The notes under the pieces were generated by a model. That model did no database searches. It was not told the origin of the DNA and saw nothing but the letters and a program-made list of their open reading frames with translations. Shown here one piece after another: positions 1 through 9,800 of a DNA stretch of 33,607 nucleotides. Location of the stretch: the IMG/VR virus record IMGVR_UViG_3300027744_000063, positions 1-33,607 of that record. One strand, written 5' to 3'. Positions within the stretch are counted from its first letter, which is position 1. Every line of letters starts with the position of its first letter. Position numbers and translations under genes: made by a program. This stretch comes from a virus. Lineage: Duplodnaviria; Caudoviricetes.

Positions 1-2
1 GC

Positions 3-1697
3 GTTAACGCCTCGACCTCTACAACATTAACTGCTACCACGCTGGCTACGTTTTTAAATTCTAGGATGTCCGGCCAACTTGTTGCCACGGCTTATGGGGG
101 CTGCGTTGTTGTAACTCCCGGTAGCGAAGGCGCTACGGATTCCGCAACTCTGTTCTATCGCCGATACGTTGGCGGCAGTGAGGCTAAAGTAGTTGAGTCA
201 GTAGGGTCTGAAGCTGCTGCTCCAGCAAGGTTATTTATTACTCAAGCTGACATTGACAGCGTGGAATCTCGCTACCTGTCTGTACTGGTAAACGGCACAG
301 AATTTTTTGCTCCGATCATTAACCCCTCAACAGTTAATAGTCTAGCCACGTTTAGGGCGTACGGGATTTCCTCGACCGTGTATGGCGTTGCCGATCCAAT
401 TGCTGTTCTTGAAACTATTTCTGTCGGCTCTAGCGTCTCTATGCGACTGCGCGGTGGCGACTACCCATCAGCAGCTCAGTTTTCTGAACTAACAGGCGCA
501 GGTTACGCTGATACACCAGCGGCTACCGAGACCCGAGTTTATGCGTGGACGTGGGTTAATAAAGAGTCAGGCTATGAGTTTGAGTCTGCGCCTTCTCCTG
601 CAAGTACTTCAGTTAACGTTTACCCTACCCAAGCGGTGTCTATTTCTGGACGAGCCTCTGTTCCTACGGGTTACATTGTTACTCACTGGAGGCTTTACCG
701 TTCTGTTTCGGGCGTGTATTTGTTTGTAGGCGAACTACCTATTTCTCAAATTTCTTTTACAGACGAAGTTCTTGCAGAAAGTCTTGGCGAAGAATTACCT
801 TCTCTAACATGGGAGCAACCACCTGCAACGCTGCAAGGCTTAACCAATTTACCTAACGGGGTAATGGCGGGCTTTGTGGGACGCGATGTGTATTTCTGTG
901 ATCCCTACCACCCGCATGCATGGCCGCCTAACTATACGCAGTCGCTTGACTACCCCGTTGTTGGTTTAGGCCGCATGGATACTACGTTAGCAGTGCTTAC
1001 TACTGGCACGCCGTACTTCTTGCAGGGCAGTCACCCTGACTCTATTGTCGTTGTTAAGTCAGACCTTGAGCAGGCTTGCGCATCTAAACGCAGTATTGTT
1101 AGCACCAACGGAGTTGTGATGTACGCAAGTCCTGACGGGCTTGTTCTGCTGTCTCCCGGCGGTTCTAAGCTAGTCACCGAGCAGTATTTTACGAGAGCTC
1201 AATGGCAAACATACTTTAAGCCAGACTCGATTCACGGCTACTCCCACGATTTAAAGTACATTGGTTTTTACAACAACGGTACAACCACTGGTGGTTTTAT
1301 TTACGATCCAACCTCTGGCCAATTTATTTTGCACGATATCTATGTCACGGCGGCTTATGCTGATTTGCAACGAGATAAATTGTTTATTGCACTAGCAGAT
1401 CGTTCGGTCAAAGTGTGGCTTGCTGGAGCCAATAAAACTTATACGTGGAAGTCTAAGAAGTTTACACTGCCGCAAGTTACAGGTTTTTCTTGCGCTCAAC
1501 TTGAAGCAGAAACTTATCCTGTGACAGCTAAGTTTTACTCTGGCGGAACTTTAATTAGGACGCAGACAGTTGCAAACCGCAATCCGTTTAGGTTGCCTGT
1601 TGCCCCCGGGCGTGATTGGGAAGTGCAGATTGAAGGAACATCTGAAGTCTTCTCGTTAGCTATCGCACAATCTATCGAGGAATTAGCTGGTGTCTAA
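3..1697 (+). CDS. Tail stabilization / tail tubular-type virion protein (5'-truncated)
   Basis: The frame is open from position 3, so the true start lies outside the window. Motifs ETRVYAWTWV..ESAPSPAS and LQGLTNLPNGVMAGF..YFCDPYHPHAWP resemble, from memory, the protein preceding the tail-tip gene in 933W-like short-tailed phages. Confidence 0.7.
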   Translation, partial: VNASTSTTLTATTLATFLNSRMSGQLVATAYGGCVVVTPGSEGATDSATLFYRRYVGGSEAKVVESVGSEAAAPARLFITQADIDSVESRYLSVLVNGTEFFAPIINPSTVNSLATFRAYGISSTVYGVADPIAVLETISVGSSVSMRLRGGDYPSAAQFSELTGAGYADTPAATETRVYAWTWVNKESGYEFESAPSPASTSVNVYPTQAVSISGRASVPTGYIVTHWRLYRSVSGVYLFVGELPISQISFTDEVLAESLGEELPSLTWEQPPATLQGLTNLPNGVMAGFVGRDVYFCDPYHPHAWPPNYTQSLDYPVVGLGRMDTTLAVLTTGTPYFLQGSHPDSIVVVKSDLEQACASKRSIVSTNGVVMYASPDGLVLLSPGGSKLVTEQYFTRAQWQTYFKPDSIHGYSHDLKYIGFYNNGTTTGGFIYDPTSGQFILHDIYVTAAYADLQRDKLFIALADRSVKVWLAGANKTYTWKSKKFTLPQVTGFSCAQLEAETYPVTAKFYSGGTLIRTQTVANRNPFRLPVAPGRDWEVQIEGTSEVFSLAIAQSIEELAGV

Positions 1698-3576
1698 CAA
1701 ACTTCCATCAGTCACATCCGACATTCCGCGTGATCTACGCACGTTCATAGATCGCCTACGAGAAATTATTTCGGGTAAGGGAACTGATCGTCTTGTCAGT
1801 GTTCAGGACTTAATTACTGGTGGTATTGCAGGCCCCGGAAGTAACGGCACGATAACTCCGCCGACTGCCTTAAACATAGGCACACCGCCAGCTCCGCAGA
1901 ATGTAACGGCTACTGGTGCAATCTACAACGTCCTTATTGAGTGGGACAGCCCTACGTACTTTGGCCATGACTACAGTGAGATTTATGGCGGGTCGACAAA
2001 CGTCATTGGTGATGCTGTCCAGCTAGCGTTTGTTCCCGGTGTTAACTACGCAGACCCAATTGGCCCATCACAGTCAAGATACTACTGGGTTCGGTTTGTA
2101 AATACACTAGGTGTCAAAGGCCCGTTTAATAGCGTGTCTGGAACTCTTGGAACAACTGGCCCTGAAGTTCAACACCTACTGGACACACTGACTGGTGCAA
2201 TTACTGAGACAGAATTATTTAGTGAACTGGGCGAACGAATTGATTTGGTAGACACTACCAACGGCGGTTTGATTAATAAGTACACTGTAAAAATAGACAA
2301 CAACGGTTATGTCTCTGGCTTTGGCTTGGCAAGCACGTCAAACACTGCTACTCCATACAGTGACTTTATTATTAGGGCTGACCGATTTTCTATTGCCAGT
2401 CCTAGCGGCCCGGGCATTGTGCCTGTTATTCCGTTTATTGTTACGACTACTACGACGACCATCAACGGCGTTACGGTTAATCCGGGTGTGTACATTAACG
2501 GTGCGTTTATTCAAGGCGGTTCAATCCAAGGTTCAAATATCGCCGGAGGCACGATTGAAAACTCCAAACTTATTAATGTATCTGCCAACAAGATTACCGG
2601 TGCTGCACTGGAAGCCACGAGTTACATTGAGAGTGCGGCGTACATTGCAGGGTCTCAAGGCTGGAAGATTCACGCTAACGGTACAGCCGAGTTTGGCGCA
2701 GCGTCGATTCGTGGGCAGGTAACTGCGGCGCAGATTGACTCTCGAGGGCTAAGCATAAAAGATTCTTCTGGCAATATTATTCTGGCTGCGGGTACTCCGC
2801 TATCTACGTCAAACATTACAGGCTTGGGAGCGTTAGCTACACAGAACACCGTATCAGGCACTACGCAGGTAACGGGGCTTGGTAACTTCTCCTACCTCAA
2901 TACCATTACAGACGCCAACATTAGCACGTACATTGCAGGAGCGGCCATTGGGAACGCTTATATTAGCAGTTTAAGTGCTACTAAAATTACAGCAGGTTCT
3001 ATTGCTGTGAACAGCTATATCCGCTCATCTACCTATTCTGCTGGTGTTTCAGGCTGGGAGATAGATGGGAATGGCGATGCTGAATTTAATACGTTAACGC
3101 TTCGATCAGGTCAGATTAGCGGTCTTTTGATAACGGCGTATAAAATTAATCTGTACTCTGGTTTGTTTGTTCGGATTAACGCATCTACTCCTATTTCTAC
3201 GACAAATGGCCCTTACTATTTAAACGGGGATACAAACGTCCCTCAGTATTTAGTCTACAACGCTAATATGCCTGCGCCAGCTACAGCGCCGCATAAAATT
3301 TTTATGTCTGTAAATGTGCAAGCGATAGGGGTTAGCGCCACTCGCGACTTGGCTGTTTTAGTGTTAATCAACGCCTCTATTTCTGGAACAACTATTACCG
3401 CTTCTGAGCAACTTGCGTATAACACTAACTCTGGTACTTTTGGTATTTGTACAAACGCAACAGGAGTAACAACCAACACCTACGCTACCGCCGTTCCAGT
3501 TATGATATTTGTCGGCGGTTTCAATGCAGAGTACACAATTCAAACCATTGATGGTATGGCAATGGGGGTTCGATAA
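1690..3576 (+). CDS. Tail tip / tail fibre (host-specificity) protein with Fn3-like and DUF1983-like regions
   Basis: GTG start with GAGGA SD. Fn3-like PPAPQNVTATG..IEWDSP and YYWVRFVN. KYTVKIDNNGYVSGFGL..FIIRADRFSI resembles DUF1983 of lambda J-like proteins. Two GWxIxxNGxAEF motifs. G/T/S-rich. Confidence 0.8.
   Translation: MSNKLPSVTSDIPRDLRTFIDRLREIISGKGTDRLVSVQDLITGGIAGPGSNGTITPPTALNIGTPPAPQNVTATGAIYNVLIEWDSPTYFGHDYSEIYGGSTNVIGDAVQLAFVPGVNYADPIGPSQSRYYWVRFVNTLGVKGPFNSVSGTLGTTGPEVQHLLDTLTGAITETELFSELGERIDLVDTTNGGLINKYTVKIDNNGYVSGFGLASTSNTATPYSDFIIRADRFSIASPSGPGIVPVIPFIVTTTTTTINGVTVNPGVYINGAFIQGGSIQGSNIAGGTIENSKLINVSANKITGAALEATSYIESAAYIAGSQGWKIHANGTAEFGAASIRGQVTAAQIDSRGLSIKDSSGNIILAAGTPLSTSNITGLGALATQNTVSGTTQVTGLGNFSYLNTITDANISTYIAGAAIGNAYISSLSATKITAGSIAVNSYIRSSTYSAGVSGWEIDGNGDAEFNTLTLRSGQISGLLITAYKINLYSGLFVRINASTPISTTNGPYYLNGDTNVPQYLVYNANMPAPATAPHKIFMSVNVQAIGVSATRDLAVLVLINASISGTTITASEQLAYNTNSGTFGICTNATGVTTNTYATAVPVMIFVGGFNAEYTIQTIDGMAMGVR
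2554..3108 (+). repeat. Duplicated 54-aa module in the tail fibre (2554-2715 and 2947-3108)
   Basis: Ungapped manual alignment gives 23/54 identical residues (SAxKIT...SYIxSxxYxAGxxGWxIxxNGxAEF). Confidence 0.8.
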
Positions 3577-3896
3577 TGGAAACACAATGGGTTAAGTTTG
3601 AAGATGGGCAAATTCTTGCCGGCCCGATGACTCACAAGTTTGATGACACGTACGTGGAATACGTAGAAATCCTTAACCTGACGCTCCCGTATTCCCGTGT
3701 TACTGTAGATATTGCCATGGTAGACGGCAAGTGCGTAAAGACTGTTACCAGCGTTTCTGACTACCGTGCCCAACGGGAAGCCGAGTATCCTTCTATGGCG
3801 GACTACCTAGATGGAATTGTCAAGGGAGACCAAGCTCAAATTGATACCTACATTGCTGCTTGTTTAGCTGTAAAAGCAAAGTATCCAAAACCTTAA
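3576..3896 (+). CDS. Small tail-fibre-associated protein
   Basis: TAATG coupling to the fibre gene. The C-terminal YRAQREAEYPSMADYLD..VKAKYPKP is typical of small proteins following phage fibre genes. Confidence 0.65.
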   Translation: METQWVKFEDGQILAGPMTHKFDDTYVEYVEILNLTLPYSRVTVDIAMVDGKCVKTVTSVSDYRAQREAEYPSMADYLDGIVKGDQAQIDTYIAACLAVKAKYPKP

Positions 3897-3916
3897 CAAT
3901 AAGACATAATACGCAG

Positions 3917-4333
3917 ATGGCAGAACTTGTCTTTGACCAAAAAGAATGTATTGGCGCTTGGGTTGCTGAGCGTGTTGGACAGAACGCTGACTGGGGAAAT
4001 TTCTACGCGATTGGTGTTATGCAGGGTGACGAAGTGATAGCCGGAGTAGTCATAAACAATTACAATGGCGCAAACGCTACATGTCATATCGCAATTGCAA
4101 GGCAGACAAAACAGCTTATTCCTCTCTTTGAGCATGTGTGCAACTACGCATTTAACCACTGCCAGTTGAAAAGACTGACTGGAATGGTGCCAACAAATGA
4201 GCCACATATTATAGAATTTGATAAGCATCTTGGGTTTGAAGAAGAGTTTGTAATGAAAGATGGCGCACCCGGCGCTGATATGCAGATTTTGGTAATGCGG
4301 CCTGACAACTGTCGTTGGCTGCGCAAGGAGTAA
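3917..4333 (+). CDS. GNAT-fold acetyltransferase-like virion assembly protein
   Basis: ATG 3917 chosen to avoid overlap. YAFNHCQLKRLTGMVPTNE..FDKHLGFEEE is GNAT-like. Canonical position before podovirus internal virion genes. Confidence 0.75.
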   Translation: MAELVFDQKECIGAWVAERVGQNADWGNFYAIGVMQGDEVIAGVVINNYNGANATCHIAIARQTKQLIPLFEHVCNYAFNHCQLKRLTGMVPTNEPHIIEFDKHLGFEEEFVMKDGAPGADMQILVMRPDNCRWLRKE

Positions 4334-4335
4334 AT

Positions 4336-5073
4336 ATGGGCGGAAAATCGCAACCAGCACCAGACTACGGACCAATGCAACAACTTGGGCGTGAGCAGTT
4401 AGACTTTGCTAAACAGCAATATGCAGAGATGGCCCCGCTTGCTCGTCAAGTAGCCGCTCAACAAATGGCCGCGCAGCAGCAACAAATGCGGCAAGCGCAA
4501 GATTACTACGACTATCAGCAGCAGACGTTTAGGCCGCTAGAGCAAGGTCTTGTCCGAGATGCTGAACGATTTAATACCGAGGACTACCGAGAGGGGGTGG
4601 CTCGTGAAGCCGCTGCAGCCGCAGGCCGAGCGTTCGGTACAACTCAAGCTGCTTCTCAGCGAGCTCAAGCGTCTATGGGGGTAAACCCTGCCTCAGGCCG
4701 TGCAATGTCGATGGCTAATCAGACTAATCTGGGCCTTGCTGCTCAACGTGCCAATGCCATGACAGGCGCTCGTACTCAGGCAGAACAGCTTGGATTTGCT
4801 CGTCGTTTAGACGTTACAGGTCTTGGCCGTAATCTGCCTGGTGCTTCTACCGCTGCTTACCAAGGTGCAAATGCTGCAGGCTCTGCTGGTATCAATACAT
4901 CCATGGCTCCCGGTTCACAGTATGGCCAAGGTATGCAGCAAGCTGGTCAAACCTACGGCAACATTCTTACTAACCAGACCAGCCAGTTTAATACCGGCCT
5001 TAATGCAGAAGGTCAGGTTATTGGCGCATTGGTAGGTGCGGGTACAACTTACGGCCTTTCAAGGCCAAGATGA
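4336..5073 (+). CDS. Putative internal virion (ejection) protein
   Basis: AAGGAG SD. MGGKSQPAPDY N-terminus. A/Q/G-rich helical composition. Synteny after the GNAT gene. Confidence 0.7.
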   Translation: MGGKSQPAPDYGPMQQLGREQLDFAKQQYAEMAPLARQVAAQQMAAQQQQMRQAQDYYDYQQQTFRPLEQGLVRDAERFNTEDYREGVAREAAAAAGRAFGTTQAASQRAQASMGVNPASGRAMSMANQTNLGLAAQRANAMTGARTQAEQLGFARRLDVTGLGRNLPGASTAAYQGANAAGSAGINTSMAPGSQYGQGMQQAGQTYGNILTNQTSQFNTGLNAEGQVIGALVGAGTTYGLSRPR

Positions 5074-5085
5074 TGGAGGTTTGAT

Positions 5086-6813
5086 ATGGGTTTTGCAGCA
5101 GGATTCCAAGTAGGCGCACAAGCAGTTGAGCGTGGCCTCAAGATGCGCGATGAAAATGAATTGAAAAAGCAGTTAGCGCAAGCTTACGCGCAACCTGAGT
5201 CTTTTACTGACTACACCCCCGAGCAAGTAAAGGAAATCCAACGTTTGCAAGCTACAGGAGCTTATGACGTAAATGCTCTGCCCGGCGCAGAAGGACAAGT
5301 TCCCACACTTCGTTACACTCCAAGACAGGGGCTTGAACTTGGGCAAGGCGACATGCCTGCCCCTCCTACAGACTTTACCCCTCAACAAGTTCAGCGCTAC
5401 GGCGGACAAACTGTAGCTGGTCAATTTGATGCCACTAAACTGCAAGGTTTGCAGATGCGCGAAGCTGCTCGCGTTATTGGCGCTAGTGGCGATCCTGTTC
5501 GTGCGTCACAGCTTTTAGCCGAAGCTAACCGGTTAGACCGTGAAGCTATTGAAGCGCCTTTGCGCCTACAAAATTTACAGCAACAAACTAAATTAGGCGG
5601 CTTACAGCTTACTTCTGCAGAGCGGGCTGAAAATAAAATTGTCAGTTTTGACGATGGCCTTGCCAACATTTACAAGCAAAAATTTGAAAAGCCTGAAGAC
5701 CGTACTACCGCTATTCTTAGCCTTGTTGAGCAAACACAAGGGCCTAAAGCTCGCATGGAATTGGAAGCTAGTTATACATCTAGCGAACTTAACAAAATGA
5801 ATTTGGATGCGGCTAAGTTTCAAAAGGGTTTTCAGACTTCGTTTACCAAAGGCGTTGACGCTACCATGGCGTGGCTGGACGAACAAAATCCCGGCTTTAC
5901 TTTAGAGCGCAGGGGCAATCAGATTATTCAGACTAACACAGATGGCACAAAACGTACATTTGCTCAAGGTAGTGAAAACGCTATCATGGAACAATTTGCT
6001 GGTATGGCTAGCCCTGCCAACTTTTTGACGTTGGCTAAAAATATTGCTGATCGTCAGAAAACAGAAGAGTTGCTTAAGATTGAGCGCGACAAGGCTCAGA
6101 CAACCAAAAACTATTACGAAAGTAAAACTGGTTTAGACCGCATGGGTGCGGCTACGTACTTTACTGGACAGGATGGCAATACATACGCCACAATTCCTAA
6201 GATGAGTAAAGACGGTCTGACCTTTGAAACCGTAAAAGTTAACCCTGACAACGTTAAACTTCAGAAGGCTGGTACTGAAGGTAGGGATATGAAACCTACC
6301 AAAGTTGATGACGAAGGTACCAAAATGAATATAGGCGGTAAGGTAAAGATTGCTGATGGAAATGGCAACTGGATACCTACTGACGGAAACGGAAAGCCTA
6401 TTGGTATATTACCATCCGACCGAACTAAGTTTTTAGAAAAAGCAAACATTCCTACAAACGCAATTCCGCAGTTACCTTGGAACACCAATGGCACTGAAGT
6501 AATGTTTGGCGGTAAAGCCTACGATGTTAAAAATCCAGATGACATTAAAGAACTTAAAGCTGACTACAAACGCCTTGGCGCAAATACCATTGCAGTAGAA
6601 GAAGAACAAAGAAATATTCCCGGTAGAAACACAGGTTTGTTTGCAGTAGGACAACCATATGATCCATATGGAGCCAGCCAGCGCCCACGTATGGGAGCAA
6701 CTCAAGCTGAAATTGATGCATTCAATGCACAAAAAGCACTGCAAGCCCGCAACCGAGCAATTGCTCAACGACAAACTGACCTATACAACGCGCAGCAACT
6801 CGGGTTAGAATAA
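5086..6813 (+). CDS. Putative internal virion (ejection) protein
   Basis: GGAGGT SD. MGFAAGFQVG N-terminus. Q/E/K-rich. Lies between the small and giant ejection-type genes. Confidence 0.65.
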   Translation: MGFAAGFQVGAQAVERGLKMRDENELKKQLAQAYAQPESFTDYTPEQVKEIQRLQATGAYDVNALPGAEGQVPTLRYTPRQGLELGQGDMPAPPTDFTPQQVQRYGGQTVAGQFDATKLQGLQMREAARVIGASGDPVRASQLLAEANRLDREAIEAPLRLQNLQQQTKLGGLQLTSAERAENKIVSFDDGLANIYKQKFEKPEDRTTAILSLVEQTQGPKARMELEASYTSSELNKMNLDAAKFQKGFQTSFTKGVDATMAWLDEQNPGFTLERRGNQIIQTNTDGTKRTFAQGSENAIMEQFAGMASPANFLTLAKNIADRQKTEELLKIERDKAQTTKNYYESKTGLDRMGAATYFTGQDGNTYATIPKMSKDGLTFETVKVNPDNVKLQKAGTEGRDMKPTKVDDEGTKMNIGGKVKIADGNGNWIPTDGNGKPIGILPSDRTKFLEKANIPTNAIPQLPWNTNGTEVMFGGKAYDVKNPDDIKELKADYKRLGANTIAVEEEQRNIPGRNTGLFAVGQPYDPYGASQRPRMGATQAEIDAFNAQKALQARNRAIAQRQTDLYNAQQLGLE

Positions 6814-6835
6814 GTAATATTATTGAGGGTTTGCT

Positions 6836-9800
6836 ATGGCACGGATTCTTTCGCAAGAAGAGATTGACGCACAATTTGGAGGCGGCTTCCGTGCTGAAAT
6901 AGCACCTGCTGGGTTAGGCACTAGGTTTGGTGCAGCTATTGATCGTTCGCAAGCCGGTCTTCTTGGCATTGGTGAAGCCGCTGGATTGCCTTTAGGTGAT
7001 CTTCGCCGCCAAAACCAATTTGAACAAGAAGAATCAATGCAGCGGTATTTTAGGGATAACCCTAATGACCCGCAATCTTACAAAGATGTTGAAGGCGTTG
7101 GTTCGGCACTGCGTTATGCCCGTGGTTTAGCCATTGACTCATCCCCCGAACTTATAACAAGTTTAGCTACTGGCGGTACTGGCGCTTTAATGGGTCTTGG
7201 CACTGCTGGTCGTATTGGCTTAGCTGCTGCTGCAAATTACCCATCTGCTGTAGGCGACATTCTTCAAAACCAACGTCAAGAAGCCGGTCAAACTGCCTTA
7301 GGCGTAGCTGGTTTATTAGGTGTTCCTTACGCCGCTGCCGATTTAGTCGGTCTTGATGCTGCTTTAGCCAGTGGCAAAATGATGCGCACGGGTATCAAAC
7401 GTCTTGACGAAATGCAGGGTGTTCGCGGTGGCTTAGCTCGTACTGGTGCCAACGTTGCTCTAAACGCACCTATTGAAGGCGCAAGCGAAACATTCCAAGA
7501 GCTGGTAAACCAAGCCGGTCGCATGGCGGTAAACCCACGTCAGACCATGTTTAACCCAGAAGCCAACGAGCGCTATCTGGAATCATTCATTGGCGGTGCC
7601 ACGTTAGGTGGTGCCGCTTCTGGCGTTTTAGGTGGTTGGCGTCGTAGTGAGCAGTACCAGCCCCCAGAACAAGAAACCGATCTTTTAAGCGGGCAAAAAC
7701 CGCAAGCACCAGCGCCACAACAATATGGTTTGGTTACACAACCAGCGCCATTGCAGCAGCGAATTGACCAGCAACTCGGTATTGGCGCTCGCACTACACC
7801 TAAAGATTACGCAAAGCAATTTGCAGCTGCCTATGATGAACCTAGTGGCCAGTATGCCACCGACCCCGTAACAGGTCTTGAAAAACAATTGTCTGTTGGT
7901 GAATATCAGCAGATGACAAACGCATCTTTGGATTTAACTGAATCAAAACCAGCTATTGCAGCTGCGGCTACAGCAGTTAACGCAAAAATAGAACGTGACC
8001 CTAAAGATTTATTTATCAGGGATACGTTAAAAGTAATCCCGAATCAGTACAGCCGACAGTTATTTGACATTATGGCTGAGAGCGGAGTTGATCCTCAGTC
8101 TGACTTGATGGCTCCTATTTGGAACTACGCCGCACAGAAGTACATGGGAAAAGGCCGGTACGAAAAAGCTGTTCAGTTGATGGACGAAGCCATCATAAAC
8201 GCACGCAAGGGAGCACCAAGTGGCATACCAACTTCAACTGGACTGGGAACTGCAGGAGGCGTGGGAGTCGGGGGCGCTGTCGTTCCGGGAGCTGTGGGAG
8301 CTGCAGGATCAGCTCCTTCTATCCAAGGCGCAGTTGGTGGAACTGCCGCCGGAACTGGAGCCCCACTTCAACAAGCTGGTATTCTTCCAGACACCAGCGG
8401 TCAACCATCTACCACTGTAACAACTGCGCCTACTGATCTAACAACCCCTGCTGCGACTACATCTAAATTCAGACGTGCTCCTAAACCCATGACTGTGTTG
8501 GAAGCCGCTGAAGCTGCTAAAGCCCAACAAACGGGAACTCGCAAGCAAGCCACCTTAGCTCGTGGTGAAGTTACACCTGATGTTGTTAGTAAATTGTCCG
8601 ATGACCAGTTGGCTACTGAGCTGACTAACGTCAACATTAGCGATGCAGAATATGCTTTGCTGCAGCAAGAACAGGCGCGGCGTAGCCAGAAAGACGCCGT
8701 TGATGAACGTCAAGTTGTATTGCGACAAATCTTTGGTGATCGTAATGGCGACATTATTTTTGATGTTGTTGGTATGGGCATGTCTGAGCCAGAAGCTGCG
8801 GCCAAGTACAACACTAGCCGCCAGAACATCCAGAAAATTGCTGGTGCAACAGGACAGAAGACATGGCCTGAACGGATTCTTAGAGCAAAAACTAAATTTG
8901 GTTTAACCGATGCTCAAATTGCTGACGCCTTTAACACTACCGCGCCCGATAGTTTAGAAAGCCAAGTGCAGACTGATGTGTTTGGTCAGAGCCAAGAGCG
9001 CATGGATGAAGGCGAAGCCATTGAAGCCGGCCTTGAAAATATCGTCAAAACCGCAGGTGCTAGCACTGCCGCAGTCGAAGGTTTTACTGATCTACAAAAC
9101 GAAATTGATGCTACGTTGGAAGCTCTGGCTGCTGAGACTGACGAAGCTGTTCTTAAAGAACTCAACGAAAAGCTGGCTGAACAACTTGTTAAAGTTCGCG
9201 CCGTTGAAAAACGCGCTCAAGCAGAAGTTAGAGCTAATGCTGGTCGCAAATCTAAAAAGGATGAGGCTGACGAAGCTGTCGCGGAAACCGTTAAACCTGT
9301 AGGAGAACCAGATGCCGTTCAAGTCACAAGCACAGCAGTCGTACCTGTTCAGCCAAAAACCGAAGCTGGCAAAGGAGTGGGCGGCCAAGTACGGCGTACC
9401 GAAAAACCTGCCAGCAAAGGCCAAGTCACCGTCCAAGGTCAAGCCAAAGAGCAAGTAAATAAAGGTCAAGTCCTGTGGAATAACCTTGTTGCTAAGACTC
9501 CCGGGTTAGTACCCTACGAGCAGTTAACCAAGTTAGAGCAGGACTACCTGACCGACTTGGCTGTTCGTACCAATGGCAAACCTGTGGTTGCCAAAGAGAT
9601 GGGCTTGCAGCAGTTGCTGACTAAAGAGCCAATCACCATTGAAGGTGAGACTCGGATTATTGATGAGCAAGTCACTACACAAGTAGCTGCTTTGCCTGCA
9701 CCCCAAGTTGAACGCCTTGAACAGCACTATGGCGCTAAACGTGGCAGTGCCGAGTTCTTGGAAAAAGTCCAAGCTGACATTACAAAGTACGTTACGCAAG

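Noticed and set aside
1690-3896. Diversity-generating retroelement acting on the tail fibre
   Set aside because: No reverse transcriptase and no near-identical nucleotide repeat pair seen. The duplication is old and evident only at protein level.
8119-8436. 105-aa ORF in the third frame over the first nested gene
   Set aside because: R/S/W/C-rich by-product of the GC-rich dual-coding stretch. TTG start with no SD.
8643-9302. Other +1-frame ORFs in the giant gene (8643-8906, 8976-9302, also 9708, 10056, 10401, 13980)
   Set aside because: L/K-rich shadow translations expected from T-biased third positions. No SD, and no distortion of the host frame.
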